Source: Peribolospora baueri (Eukaryota). Taken from it: 58,822 nucleotides of DNA. The position numbers and the translations under genes are program-made. Each line of letters starts with the position of its first letter. Positions within the stretch are counted from its first letter, which is position 1. Positions 1-12,600 of this stretch are shown here, piece by piece. The notes beneath the pieces are model-generated. The model had not been told where the DNA came from. It did no database searches and saw nothing but the letters and a program-made list of their open reading frames with translations. The DNA lies in the NCBI GenBank assembly GCA_029717555.1, contig JAMDHS010000114.1:1-58822 (forward strand), in the 5' to 3' direction.

Positions 1-5
1 GGGGG

Positions 6-41
<36 letters not shown>
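6..41. repeat. poly(A) tract at left end of window
   Basis: Run of about 36 A followed by AAG/AAAAG repeats; likely an assembly break. Confidence 0.9.
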
Positions 42-49
<8 letters not shown>

Positions 50-1146
50 GAAGAAAAGAAAAGGAATTGCGATTTTGGTGAATGTTTCCCTTCCCCCCAC
101 TTCTACCGTCGCTAGGCAGCTAGTACCCTGCCGAGGTGGAGTGCAGAGCAGAACAGACAGACGGATGCCGAAGAAAGCGAGCGCAGGCGGCGTCGGCGCC
201 GTCGGCGTCGTCGTAGAAAAAGGGCGGGCTTGTTGTGCGTGCGTGTGTGTCGCCCTCCTTTCCCGTTTGCTTCTGTGTTTCTTCGTTTGTTCGTTCGTTT
301 GGTCGTTCGTTCGTTCCCTCGTCGGTCGTTCGTCCTCCTCCTTTCGTCCCTTGCTCGCCCTGTCCAGCGCCTCCATCGCGCCTCCTGCCAGCCCAGCGAG
401 GTGAGCACGACACGTCGCCGCGGCTACGTTTGCTTGTCTCTCTCTCCCTCCTTCCTTCCTTGCCGCGTTCGATCGGCTGCCGCTTCAATCCACGCGAGCC
501 CGCGCAGCTCGTTCTTGTCCTGCTTCCTCTCCGACCGCCGAGCCGAACCCATACGGGGCGGTGTCATCGCTGCGCTCGCTCGCTCGCTCGCTGGAGCAAA
601 CGCGGACGACGGACGGACGGACGGGCGGGTTTGGACAGCCTCACGTTACCTGCGCGTTGCGTTACGTTGCGTTGCCGTCTTGATCGTGCGAGGGTCGAGG
701 TAACAGGGCTGAGTGTCGGCTGTTGCTGTTCGGGCTTCTCATCTCGTCTGGTCTCGTGTTTGCAACGGCCGCTAGATCTTTGTGTGTGCGCTTGCTTGCG
801 CTTGTGCTTGCCGCCGTCCATCGTCGCACTGCACACTGCCTTTGCGTTCGCAGTCGCAGCCACTCCGATCCAATTCGTTCATTTTTCCAACTCAATTCCA
901 TTTCCATTTCCATTTCATTTCACTCTCCGCCTCCTCCGTCGCCCACCGGACGCACCCTGCCTTGCTTTGTCCTTGTCGCAGCCAGCAGGCGGGCGCAAAA
1001 CATGCTCGTATGCGTCGCTACGGCGCTCTACGGTAGTCAACGCATGGCAGCCTCGCACTCGCACTCGCACTCGCAGTAGCACCACTCGTACCACCGTAGC
1101 TCGACCGGGCAGTCACTTGCCAACGCCGGCAACCCGCAACCCCACC

Positions 1147-4100
1147 ATGGCCCGACCAACGACGACGATCCAAACCTCCTCCGAGCCCTCTTTCCTCCTC
1201 TCCACCACCTCCATCGCCACCACCACGCCCACCCCCGTCGCCTACCACACCCCCCGTCAGCCCTCTCCCCGCCGACTACGCAAGGCAAGACCGCCATCGC
1301 AACCAGCGCCAGCGCCAGCGCCGCCCTCCACGACCCCCTCCCCTTCCGACTCCCCACGGCCTTCCCTATCCTCCGACTCGGACCGCAACCCCAGTCCTAG
1401 CAACACCACTCCAGCCCACTCCAACGTCCCCTTCTCTTTCACCTCCGCCGTCGCTCTTCTTCCCCCCGTCTACTGCCGCCCCTCCGCTGACCTCCCCGCC
1501 GTCGCCGTCGCCGTCAGCCCCTCTCCCTTTCCCACTGCCCCCCGACCCACCACCACCTACGAACCCCAGGAGACCCTCCTTCACGACCCAGACTACTTCG
1601 TCGGCGCCGCTTCCGACTCGGTCTCCTTCGACGACCAAATCCCCCTCTCCGAGATTGTAAAAAAGTCCAGGCACCGCCGCCTCCACGACCACTCCCGCAG
1701 GCGCTCGCTCCTTAGAGATCGCTCCGAAGATTCGTTACCCTCCTCTTCCACCTCCTCCCTCCGCTCCCCTTCTCCTGGGCCCTCCTTGCCCTCCGTCTTG
1801 CCCTCCCTCGTCGTCACCCAGCCTACGCCCACCCAGCAGCGCACGACCACCGGCAAGGCCAAAGAACACCCCCACCACCCTCTCCTTTCTCCCTCCCAAC
1901 TCTTCTCCGCTCGCGTACGAGACAGTTGGTCCTCCCTTCGCCTCCACCATACCCCTCGCCCGGCCGTCCATCGCGACGCCGATTCCGACTCGGAGATCAT
2001 CTGTTCGCCCTCTGAACAGGTCCTCCAGCGCCTCGAACGGGCCAACGCCTCGCCTTCCTATCCCCACTCTCGTTCGCCCTCGCCCGTCGACCCCATTCGT
2101 CCTTCGCTCCTCCGCAACTCTCACTCTGGCTCCCGTATTCCTAGACCCTACCGTGACGACGACGGCGACTACCACCACTGCTCTTTCACCTCGGCCGCAC
2201 CCAACGACCTCCCGTCCCCGTCCCCCTTGTCAGATCCCTCCCCGACTTCGGTCCGCGTCGACTCGACTGCGAGCACCGTGACCGGCCTCGGCGTCCCCGC
2301 TTCTTCCAACAACATGCTCCCCGCCCCTTTGGGAACATCCTATGCCGCTCAGGATGCACCTCATTCTCGTCCCTCTGCCGCCTCTTCCTCCTTCGCCCCG
2401 CGCCATTGCCTCCCCGGTCCATCGCCCTCCTCGTCCCCAAATTATTCCCCCCCCACTTCTCTTACCGCTCTCGCCCCCCCGCCGACCCACCACCACACCC
2501 ACGAGCGCACCCACCGCACTCGTCCCGCCGCCGACCTCTCCCCGTCCCCTGACCGCGACAGCTGCTACACCGTCGGATCCGACCATCCTCCTCTCAAAAT
2601 CTTCAAGCCTGGCGATTTTGCCAGGAAATCGACCGGCCCCGGCGGCCGCGCGCATAGGAACACGCCGTCTCCTTCTCCCAGGTCTCCGACAACGCTTGCC
2701 CGACCGCCTTGGAACGGAGACGTCGACGATGCCGGGGCCGTCGTCGTGACCAGCTTGGCTGATGGTGATGATCATGGCCACACCTCGGATCGCCCTCACT
2801 CTCACCCGTACACCTCAGCCCCTCTCGCCGGCCATACGCCCAACCAGGACGAGCCGCAGAACAAGCAAGTCTTGCCACCCGCCCTTCCCACCTCGCCTTC
2901 GTCCGCGCCCGGCGTTGGCGAGTATCCGAGGCGCGCCTCGGACCCGACCATCGACGCTCGATCCGCACTCCCTCGCGGCACCCGTCTCGCGGCCGACGAG
3001 AACAGACGGCGGGAGGAGCAGCTGAGCAAGCTTGAGAGGCTCTTGGGAACCGGCGCCCGTGCGGCCGCCATAGCGCAGCGCTCCAAGGCGGACGCCGTCG
3101 GATACGCGGACGAGAGGCGCTCCTCGGGTGCCTCGATATCGACCCCGACGAGCCCCTCTCTCGGGTTTAGTGCCCTCGCTGACTCGTCTTTCATCGATCT
3201 CGGCGGCGTCGTCGTCGTCCAACCGCCCCCCGCGGCAAGCGATGACGACGTGGGGTCGTCCACCTCCCAGCTCGTCACCGACAGATGGGCGGACGCTTTC
3301 CACGCTCGTCCGGAAGCTCATCGTGGTCACCATCATCAAAGTCAGAGCCCTCACCATCATCATCTACGCCATCACCACGATCTTCACCCTCGTATGCGGT
3401 CCATCAGCGTCAGCTCTCTTTCCGACATATCCAGTGCCCTCAGCGCTCGCAGCTCCATTAGCAGCCGAAGCAGGCTGAGCATCAATTCGAGCGCTCCCTT
3501 GTTAGACGTCCCCGCCGACCTCGCGTCGTCTGCCATCGTCGGTGCGTCCATGGGCGACGAGCTGACCCCTACGCCTCTCGACAAGGTCAAGGGTCTGCCT
3601 CCGACGACGAACGAGATGTCGCTCCAAGACCGTCGCAACATGATCAAGCGCGCCCGCAAGCTCGCCCACGTCCTTGGGGAAGAGGTGTACAATGAGGATG
3701 GGGACGATCACCCTGATATTCCGTCCCACCCGTCCTCCTCCCCCACCTCCAGCGCTGCTGGCGTTCCGGCCGCATCCAAGCCCGTGGCTAGACTCGTGAG
3801 GCAGAACTCGACCTCTCGAGGCGGCAACGGCCCTTCCCCCACCACGACGCACCTAATCTCCATGAGCGCTGGAGCGAATGGCCAATCAGGAGCGCTCGGC
3901 GGCAAGGCCAAGAACTTGCTCGGCAAGGCCAAGAAGGGCACCACTGAAACCGGCGCCGTCGGCGCGTTGAACGTGCCCGTCGCACCGCCCGTCGGCATCT
4001 CTCAAAAGGCCGCCGCCTTGCTCGGCCTCGCCATCACCCCGCCGACGGATCCGGCAGCCGCCGTGGACGACCCGTTTCAGGAGCGCAGAGGCCGCAGTCT

Positions 4101-5749
4101 CGACGTGGATTACCTGAGCTTCTCCAGCGGCGACGAAGGGCGCTGGAGTGTGAGCACGACCGGTGGTGGTGCGGACGACGAGGGGAGGGCCGACGTGTTC
4201 GACGAAGCCGAGGTCGTCGATCCGTGGAGAGGCGGAAATAGCTTCGACGACGTCGACGCCGCGCCCGGTCGTCGGCCTACCGAGGAGGAGGAGTCGTCCC
4301 CTACCAGCACGGTTCACGCCGGTCGTGGAACCGAGCCACCCGCCGGTGCCGCAAGGTCGACGCTCAGCATCACCGTGCCCGACTCCTCTACCCCGCCTGG
4401 CCGACCGTCCAGCTTCCTTGAGGCCTCTACACCGACGACGGCGCGAGCCGGTCACGCCTTTGTGTCCGGCTTTTTCGGAGACGAAGACGAAGATGCGGTC
4501 GGGGAGGACGAGGACGACGGGAAGCGCCGCGCCGATCGCAGGCGCAAGGTGGCCAAGGTGACCCGATGGCTCGGGGAGAACGTGCCGGTGGAGCTCGTCT
4601 TGCCCGGCGGCGTCGGCGGCTCGTGCGCCGCCGAGGGTTCGACGGCGCCCGGCGGTGGCGTCGTTGGTCGGGGATTGGAGCGCTTCAAGAGTTTGAGGAG
4701 GACCAACAACTTGCCTCCGTCGTCGTCCTCTTGCGCTCTCGATCCCGTCGCCGCCGATTCCTCTGGCGGCGGCGGCGGCGGCGGTGGTCGGGACGCGTGG
4801 TTGAACAGCGAGAACATTGACCCGAAGCAGAGGCTTGCGGACGTGCGCAGGGCGAACAAGCTGGAGAGGGTGCGTTGGCGCGTTCGAAGTTGTGGCGTCG
4901 CTTCTTTCGGGGGAAAATCGGTTTGCTCACCTCCCCTTTTTATTCTTTCACCAGGTCTTTGGTCAAGCTCCTCCAAGCGACTTGTACCGCGGGACCACAT
5001 GTTCGGCCCGCCCGCGTGCCGCTCACGCTCACTCCGTCAGCGTCCCCGTCGCTGCCCTGGCGCTGCCGTCGAACGCCACCGGGCATCAACAAGCCGATCA
5101 CCGCATGTCCACGGGATCGAACACGACGACGACGAGCAGCAGCTCGGACAGCTACCGAAAATCTATCGCATCGCTCAAGTACTTGCTTGACTATGATCGT
5201 GATAAGCTTGCCGATCTTATGTCTACCTATGCGGAGGAGGAGGGCGAGGGCGAGAGCGGCGGCGAAGAGGAGGACGAGGATCAAGGCGGGTCCTCCCGCC
5301 TCGCCGCTGCTCTGGGCGGCGAGAAGCACGACTACGGCCTGCGAGATGGTTCGGACGAGAAGAGACGCTCGCGCTCGCGCGATCCGCCGCCGGCCCAATC
5401 CATCCAGATCAATCGGCGCTTGTCTCAACGCTCGGCATCCTCTCTCTCCCTTTCGTCTTCCTACCCACCGTCTCCCACCTCGCCCACCGTCACGGCTTAC
5501 TTGCGTCAGCACCACCCATCGCCGATGACGCTGCACGCCCAACGCGCCAAGCGAACCGCCAAGTTGAGCAAATTCTTCGGACGGGAGGAAGACGTGTTTG
5601 CGGCGATGTTGGACAGCTTTGAACGCGAGGCGCGCGAGGACGAGAGCTTGGGCGAGAGTGAGTTGCAGGAGGTTGTTGATCGGTTGAGGCAGCTTAAGAA
5701 TCGGAGAGGAGAGCTTGTTGGGTTGAAGTCGGGCTCGAGTCGGAGATGA
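1147..5749 (+). CDS. Large Ser/Pro-rich disordered hypothetical protein (~1500 aa, 2 exons) with repeated KL..(F/L)G motifs
   Basis: ATG in good context (CCCACCATGG) at 1147 within ORF 235..5190. Intron 4870-4954 (GTGCGT...CACCAG) joins ...KLER to VFGQAPP in ORF 4817..5749. Stop TGA at 5749. Confidence 0.75.
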
Positions 5750-6688
5750 GGGTCATGAGCGCCGGCTAGCCTCCCTTCCTTTCTCCGCCCCCCCTCCCCT
5801 TCGTTCGGTTTCGCTCCTTCGCCCTTCGGCGTCGACGGACACTAGTCTCGGTCTCCGTGTTGTCTTTCGTCCCTCTATCCGCCGTCTTCCTTCTTCATCC
5901 ATTCAGTCATCTCTTCCGGCTTGGGACAACCAAAAAAAACAAAAACTAGCTCGCATTCGCGTACATACATACATACAACCCGTCTTGTCGTTCGTCAGTC
6001 AGTCAGCTAGCTCTTCAGACATACCCGGCATCCACACTACTTTTACCCCCGTCCTCGGTCCCCGTCCTCCTTCCCAGTTCTCGTCCGCATTCGTCTTTCG
6101 TCTCTCGTGTTTCTGTCTGTTCTGTGCGCTTCCTCCTTTACGGCTCGGCTCGGCTCGGCGTATGCAATCGCATGACATGGACGCTGCGTCTCCGTGGTCT
6201 GCCGGACCGGATTTTCGTTTCTTTCCGTCCGTCCCTGAGGCGCGATGCGATCTTCCCGTCATCACGTGGCGTAGGGAGGATGGATCGGCCGTCCGTAGCT
6301 TGTTCCCGTCCGTCCACGGCCGGCCGGCCGGGGAATATGCGAAGCGACTTCGATCGTCCGACAACACGCAGTCGTCGTCATCCACAACACCACCACTTGC
6401 TCGCTTCGTATTCCTGAGACGAACGCTTTCAACCTCCACCCCACCCCACCCTGCCGAGAAAGGCCCCCTTCTCCCTTCTTAGGAGCGAAAGACGGGCGAT
6501 AAACCCCGACCGATGGCGCCTCCCTAGTCTGTCGCCAGAAAACGACCACCACCCCTCCCCCTTTCTTCACGCCTCCTTCTATCATCGCCCCTCGCTTTTC
6601 TTTCGCTCCTCGAACCAGTCAGCCCGTCGTCGTCGTCGTCGTCCTCCTCTTCCTCCTCCCCTTCCTCCTCCTCGCTTTGCACGGTGAC

Positions 6689-9600
6689 ATGGTCTCTGCG
6701 CCTGCGCCGTCCTCGGAAAGCCCTCCCTCCTCCGCCCTCTCCCTCTCCTTCTTCCCCTCTCCCTCCCGCTACGCCCGCCTCCTCCCCTTCTGGCTCACCC
6801 TCTTCTTCGCCCTCGTCCTCTCCTCCCTCGTCCTCCGATCCCTCCTCCCGCGCCTCCCCCGCTACTTTGTACCCCAGCTTCGGATACGACGGCTAGGTTT
6901 TCGGGGTATTCGGGAGCTTGAATGGAGGCAAACCCGGCGGCCGGGGTCGGGAGAAGGAGAAGGAGGAGGAGGAAGCGGAAACGGAGGAGGACGACGAGGA
7001 CCAGTCGGACTGCTCGTCAAAATCAGACGAATCCATCTCGTCTTTCATCGACCAACGCCCGCCAGACGGTCGTGGATCACCGTCAAGGTCGATGGCGTGA
7101 GGGCTGTCCTTCCCCGCGAGCCTTTGCGGGCACCTAACGACGTGCGTCTGTGGGATGGGCTGCACGAGCGAGAAGGCGCTGATGGACGGGGTGCTGATGG
7201 TGCTCGTGCTGGTGCTCGTGCTGGTTCTGGTGCTCGTGCGACGCAGACGGCCGCCGCCCAAGGTTCACCGCCTCTGTCTCCCTCGCCGCCGCCATCCACG
7301 TCGGCCGAGTTCATGACGCCCGAACAGGCAGAGGACCTACACGACGTCACGCCACCGCCCTCCTTTCCCGTCCCCCTCTCCCTCAAGCTCCTTCTCTGGC
7401 CCGTCCGCTTCGTCTTTGTCTGGGCTCTCCGCACGCCCATCTACTTTGTCGCTACCGCCTTGCCCAACCTCTCCCACAGCATCGACCTCGAAATCTCCCC
7501 TATGGAGGCCTACGAGCCCACCACCCAGGCCGTCTTCCGAGTCGAAAACGTCCACATCGCCTGGGGCCTCCAACAGGAGGGCCCCGAGGTGGAGACCATC
7601 GGCGAGCCGGACCCCGTTAAGCTCATGGAGGAAAAAGGTATCCGCAGGTTCCTTCGCAGCGCTCTCCCGCCGGGCTGGGCCAAGCTCAACGTGCGGATTC
7701 GAGGCGTCAAGGCGTTCGAGAGCGAGCTTGCGGCCGCCGTTGCCGCTGTCTCCTCCTCTACCACCACAGACCGGCGCTCCGGCTCCGGCGGCCAGTTCTC
7801 GAGGCCCGTCAGGCCGTCGACGGCCGAGGGCCAGGCTCCGCACAGCCCTCGTCCGCGCCAGCATGGCTTGTCGCGCTCCAACTCGCTCTTTGTCCCTTTC
7901 GACCCTTCCACTCTCCCCGCCTCCTTACCCCATCGACAACCCACCCTTTCGAGGGCGAAGAGCCACTCCGATCTTGCGGCGCTCATGTCTCCGCGCGCGG
8001 TTGCATGGGCGTCCGAACAGACCACCGGGCCCATCTCCGAGTCCTCCGTCCTGCTTTCCGTACCCGATTTGAGCACCGCCAGCGTCTCTCTTCGCATCGG
8101 TCGCAGCTTTACGTTTCGCAGGGAGGAGGCCTTGGACGTGTCTGTGCGCGTTCCGGACGTTCGCGTCGGCTTGGACGCCGCAGAACGTCTTCTGCGGAGG
8201 CTTGAGGAGCAGAAAAAGAGCAGTGCTGGCAAAGCCGCGACGACGTCTTCCTCCTCCTCGCAGGATGCCGCCGCGCCCGGCGGCGCCAAGGTCTCCAAGA
8301 TCCAGCGTCAGCAACCGAGCGGACTGGCTGTGCCCACCACCGCCTCCTCTGCCGAGCCTTCTGCCCCGCCACGACGGGCCAACGTGCTCCGGCTGCTCAA
8401 CACGTTCGTCTTCAAGATGCCCCTCGTCGAGTTGACGTACACGACCGACGCCTTGCCCTCCTCCGCCGGCGCCGCATCTCGATCTCCCGCTTCGTCGCCC
8501 ATAGCGCCCGTCACCCCATCGCCGGCTCACCTTCTCGTCACCTCTACCTTGTCCGGCTTTCACCTCGAGCTCGGCACCAGCGACGCTGAGAAGAACGCCG
8601 TTCACCGCGCCTGGCTCGGAGGAGGACACAAGACGTCGAAAGGACTCGAGATGGAGCGCAAGGAGAGACCGGGTCAGGCGGACCGCGGGAGAGAGCCGGC
8701 CGGCACTGGAACGGCTGGTAGCTCTACTACCACCGACACGCCCCGACGTCGTCGTCCGTCCATTCTCGGTTCCATCAAGACCCGCCACCACAACCGGGAT
8801 GCGAGCGTTCAGGGCGACGCCGGAGTCTTGCCCGGCGGCAGCGGCCGCCGTCGGTTTGCGGATTACCGGACTTTTAAGCTCGACACGGGATTCAGCCACT
8901 TTGACGTTGTGGTGACGGAAGGCAAGGCCGAGCGGAGAGGCTCACGATACCAACCGTGCAGGTTCGAGGTGAAGAGGTCGAGCGTGCGCTTGCAATCCAC
9001 TTGGACGCCGTTCGGTGTCTTGGCTTGGGCCGGCGGGCAGTTCCACCGCTCTTCGTGGTCCGGCGCCGGCGCGCGACCACCTCCACGCTGGTTCGCCGAG
9101 GATCCGAACGACCAAGTGATCATCGCCGAAGCCACCGTGGACGGTGTCGAGGGTCAGGCGCGGCTCGACCAGCTCGCCTCTCTAATGACTTTTATCGCTT
9201 TCAAGCGCTCAGACGCACGCCCACGCTCGAAAATGACCGGTGCAAGCAGCGACGCCGCCGAGTCGGCCGTGAAGCCTTCATCGCTCGTCCACAACGTCCC
9301 ACGTCTGGCGCTCGCCTTGGACGTCGCTTCTACTCGCTTCCTCCTCGACACCGACGTAAAAGCGCCGGCGGAATGCGTCACCGGCCTTTCGGACGGCGGC
9401 TCTCTTCTTCGTCACCAGTACTGGTTCCAAACGCCTCGATGCGCCCTCGTCTTCCACGGCGCCTATCACGACATCGTCGTCCGTCGCGACCATCAGTCCA
9501 AGCGCGCCGCCTACCGGAATCTGAGAAGGGATATGGACAGGGACCGGCTCGGCGTCGATACCGCCGCCGTCGGTGGGCGTTCGACGGAGACGCCGCCTTC

Positions 9601-12600
9601 GAACAACGCGTCGCCCGCCCCGTCTACCGTAGGCGAGGATGGACTTGCCACCACCGCCGCATCGCCATCGCCCGCGCGAGGATCCGACCGAGTGATGGGA
9701 CGAGCAGAAGAATCGCCGTCGAATTGGGAGCACGGCCTGTCTTACTCGTTTGAGACGCACTTCGACATCGGCGTCGTCGATCTCCACGTCACCTCCATCC
9801 CAAGCAGAGGCGCCGCCGTCTCCGAGTCCCCTTTGCTCGGCCTGTCTCATCCTCACCCCTTTAGCCCGGAAAGCGCGACGTTTTTCTCCTCGCCGATCCG
9901 GGACCGCGCCGACGTCCCCGAAGTGCACGAGTTGTTTTTACTCCGCCCTTTCGAGCTCGTCGTCAACGGCGACGCCCTCGGGGACGTGGTGCACAAAAAT
10001 AACCTTCCCGCCTTGGAGCTCGACTCGGCTCAGGCGGACGTACGCTGCACGATCGAGAACGTGGATGCCAGGCTGTGTCGGCCCGATGTGCTCGCGTCGC
10101 TGGCACAAATCCTTGGCACGCTCCACACCGCCGCCGCTGCTGCTGGACGGGAGCGGGAACGCCGATCTCAGCAGACTCCCGCGTCGCTTCCTCCTCCGAC
10201 TTTGGAGAGACCTCCACTGATCGACCGACTGCCTTCCGGGCTCAGCGTCTACTTGGCCGTCGGACGTAGCACGTTGCACGTCGCCGGATCGGATCCCAAG
10301 TGCGATTCTCACATTTCACGCGGACTCGCCTTTGAGACGGGCAGCGTGGTGGCCCAGTATTCCATGCAGCGAGCCTACTCTTCCCGACGGGCCCACCCGG
10401 TCAAGGTTAGCTACGCCGCCCGATCGTCTCTGGGCCTCGCTGAAGACGTGCGCGTGCAAGCTAACGCGCTTTCCAGCCAGTACGGAAAGGCGATGGCTGC
10501 CAAGCTGTCTTGCCTCGAAGCCAAGGTGCTGCCGCTCCTGAACGCGAACGACAGCGTCGGAGACGTCCTCGTCGGGTCGAATACCGCCGTAAATCGCTCC
10601 GAGACAAACGAATTCTCTCCTGCCGTCTGGGACTTTCAGAAAAAGTCTCCTCCAGCACGAGAGTTTCCTGACGCCCCCAGAGCCGCCGCGCCTCATGACG
10701 CGTCCGAACCCATCCTTCACTCTTCTGCCGTCCACGTGGACGTCGTCGTCCTGCCTCCCAGCCGGTCGTCTTCCGAATCGCGGGGCGAGCCCGAGGTCAA
10801 GATCTCAGTTGGCGAGACGGAGCGCACGTCCGTCCACCTCAACATGCTCCACATCTACTGTGTCCTTCTCGCGTTCTCTTCCGCGAGGCAGATCTTTCCT
10901 CGTCGCAAGTCCGCACCGGAGAAGGACGGTGGCGACACGAGCGCTCCGCCGGGACGTCGGACCTTTGTGGAGGCGCGCCTTCAGGTCACCGACGTCTACC
11001 TTCATCTCGGCTTACCGCGCGACGTGCGCTTGTTCGGCCATCTCAGGAGGCTTGATGCGAAAGCTTCCCCAGACGACGGCGTCATTGTGCAGTGGAAGAG
11101 CCTCCTCTTTGCGGGCGAATCTTCCAAGCTTCGTCGCAAGTGGGAAGAAATCTTGCGGTTTCGCAACTGGAGCGTGCGCGTCGACCCGCCGCCCTCTGAT
11201 CCCGCCCGGCGGCCGGTCGTCCACGTCAATGGAGATGGAGCCCGGCTTCGCATCCCTCACGGTTTCGTTGTCTACCGGATCGTCGACAACGTCTCGGTCG
11301 CTGTCAAGGCCACCAAGCAGCTGGTCCATCAGTTCATCAAGGGCAAGTACGATTCGGTCACTCAGCCGCATGTCGAAGGCCCGAAGAAGGTGCCCACGAT
11401 CGATTTCCAAATTCGCACATTCACCATCGAGGCGCAGGACGATCCGATCGAGACCAAGCTCAACCTGATCTGGCGAGCTGGAGGGGAGGAACAGCGCGCC
11501 AGGTTGGAGCGCGAGGCGGCCTTCGAGGTCAAGGTCCGAGCGATCCGTGCCGCCGAGCTCGCCGAGGGCTCTCCCTCCATCTCCTCGATCAACAGCAGCG
11601 GAGTGTCTTTGGGCCCTCAAAGCCCACCGTCCCCCCCAGGTCCTTCTCGGCGAGAGCATGTTTCGGCTCGCCACAATGTGTCGATCGAAGAAGCATACGA
11701 GACGTTGCAGGCCTTCAACGCCTCTAGTTGGATTCGAAGGCACAACAACGCCAAGGCGGAGCAGGGCCGGCGAGAAGACGCGCTGGTCCGCAGGATCCAC
11801 GGTCGCTATCCAGTCCATCGCACCCCGTCCCACTTACCGATCGATCTGTTGCCTCTACCCCGGACGAGTCCTCTCTTGCGCGCCAGTTTCAGCCAGGTGT
11901 CTCTCAAGATCTCACCACCGTCCTTCCCCGTCGAGAACTTGCCCGATTTTCTCCACGACCTCGGCAAAGGCACGCCGCGAGACATGCAGTACACGCTCCT
12001 CGTCCCTCTGCACATCTCTTGGAGGATGAGCGAGTTGCGAGTCGAGCTCCGCGACTATCCTCTACCGCTCCTGCACGTCCCCCCTACGCACGCCGAACAG
12101 CCGGACGATCTTAAGGCGTTTGAGGTCGAGACGGATTTCGTGATCGCGGAGCAACTCGGTGGCGTCGAGTCTATACGCACGGTCCCTGTCTCCATCGTGC
12201 CCGCTCACTGCGGCCGCAGCGGAGCGATGCCGTACGTGATCGTCGTCCCAAAGACCGCCCTACCAGTGAAGACGTACGCCGCGCCCGTCATTCGAATCAA
12301 CACGTCTTACCCGACTCGCATCGGCTGGGGCGTGTCCGTTCAGCCTGCAGTCCATGACGTCCAGCGTGTCATCGAGACGATCACGACACCGCCTGCGGAT
12401 CCGTCACCCCGTCTTGGGTTTTGGGACAAGATCCGGCTCGTGCTTCAATGGCGCGTCAAGGTCCTACACGTCGGAGACGGCGACCTCCACCTCCATTTCA
12501 AGGGAACCCGTGACCCGTACGAGATCCTCGCCGACGGCGCCGGCTTCGTCAAGGTTTGGCGCGGCAATGTGGAGATTCGAGTCGGCTTTGACAACCCCGA

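Noticed and set aside
235..1146. N-terminal 304 codons of ORF 235..5190
   Set aside because: Non-ATG start and microsatellite-like UTR sequence; the good-context ATG is at 1147
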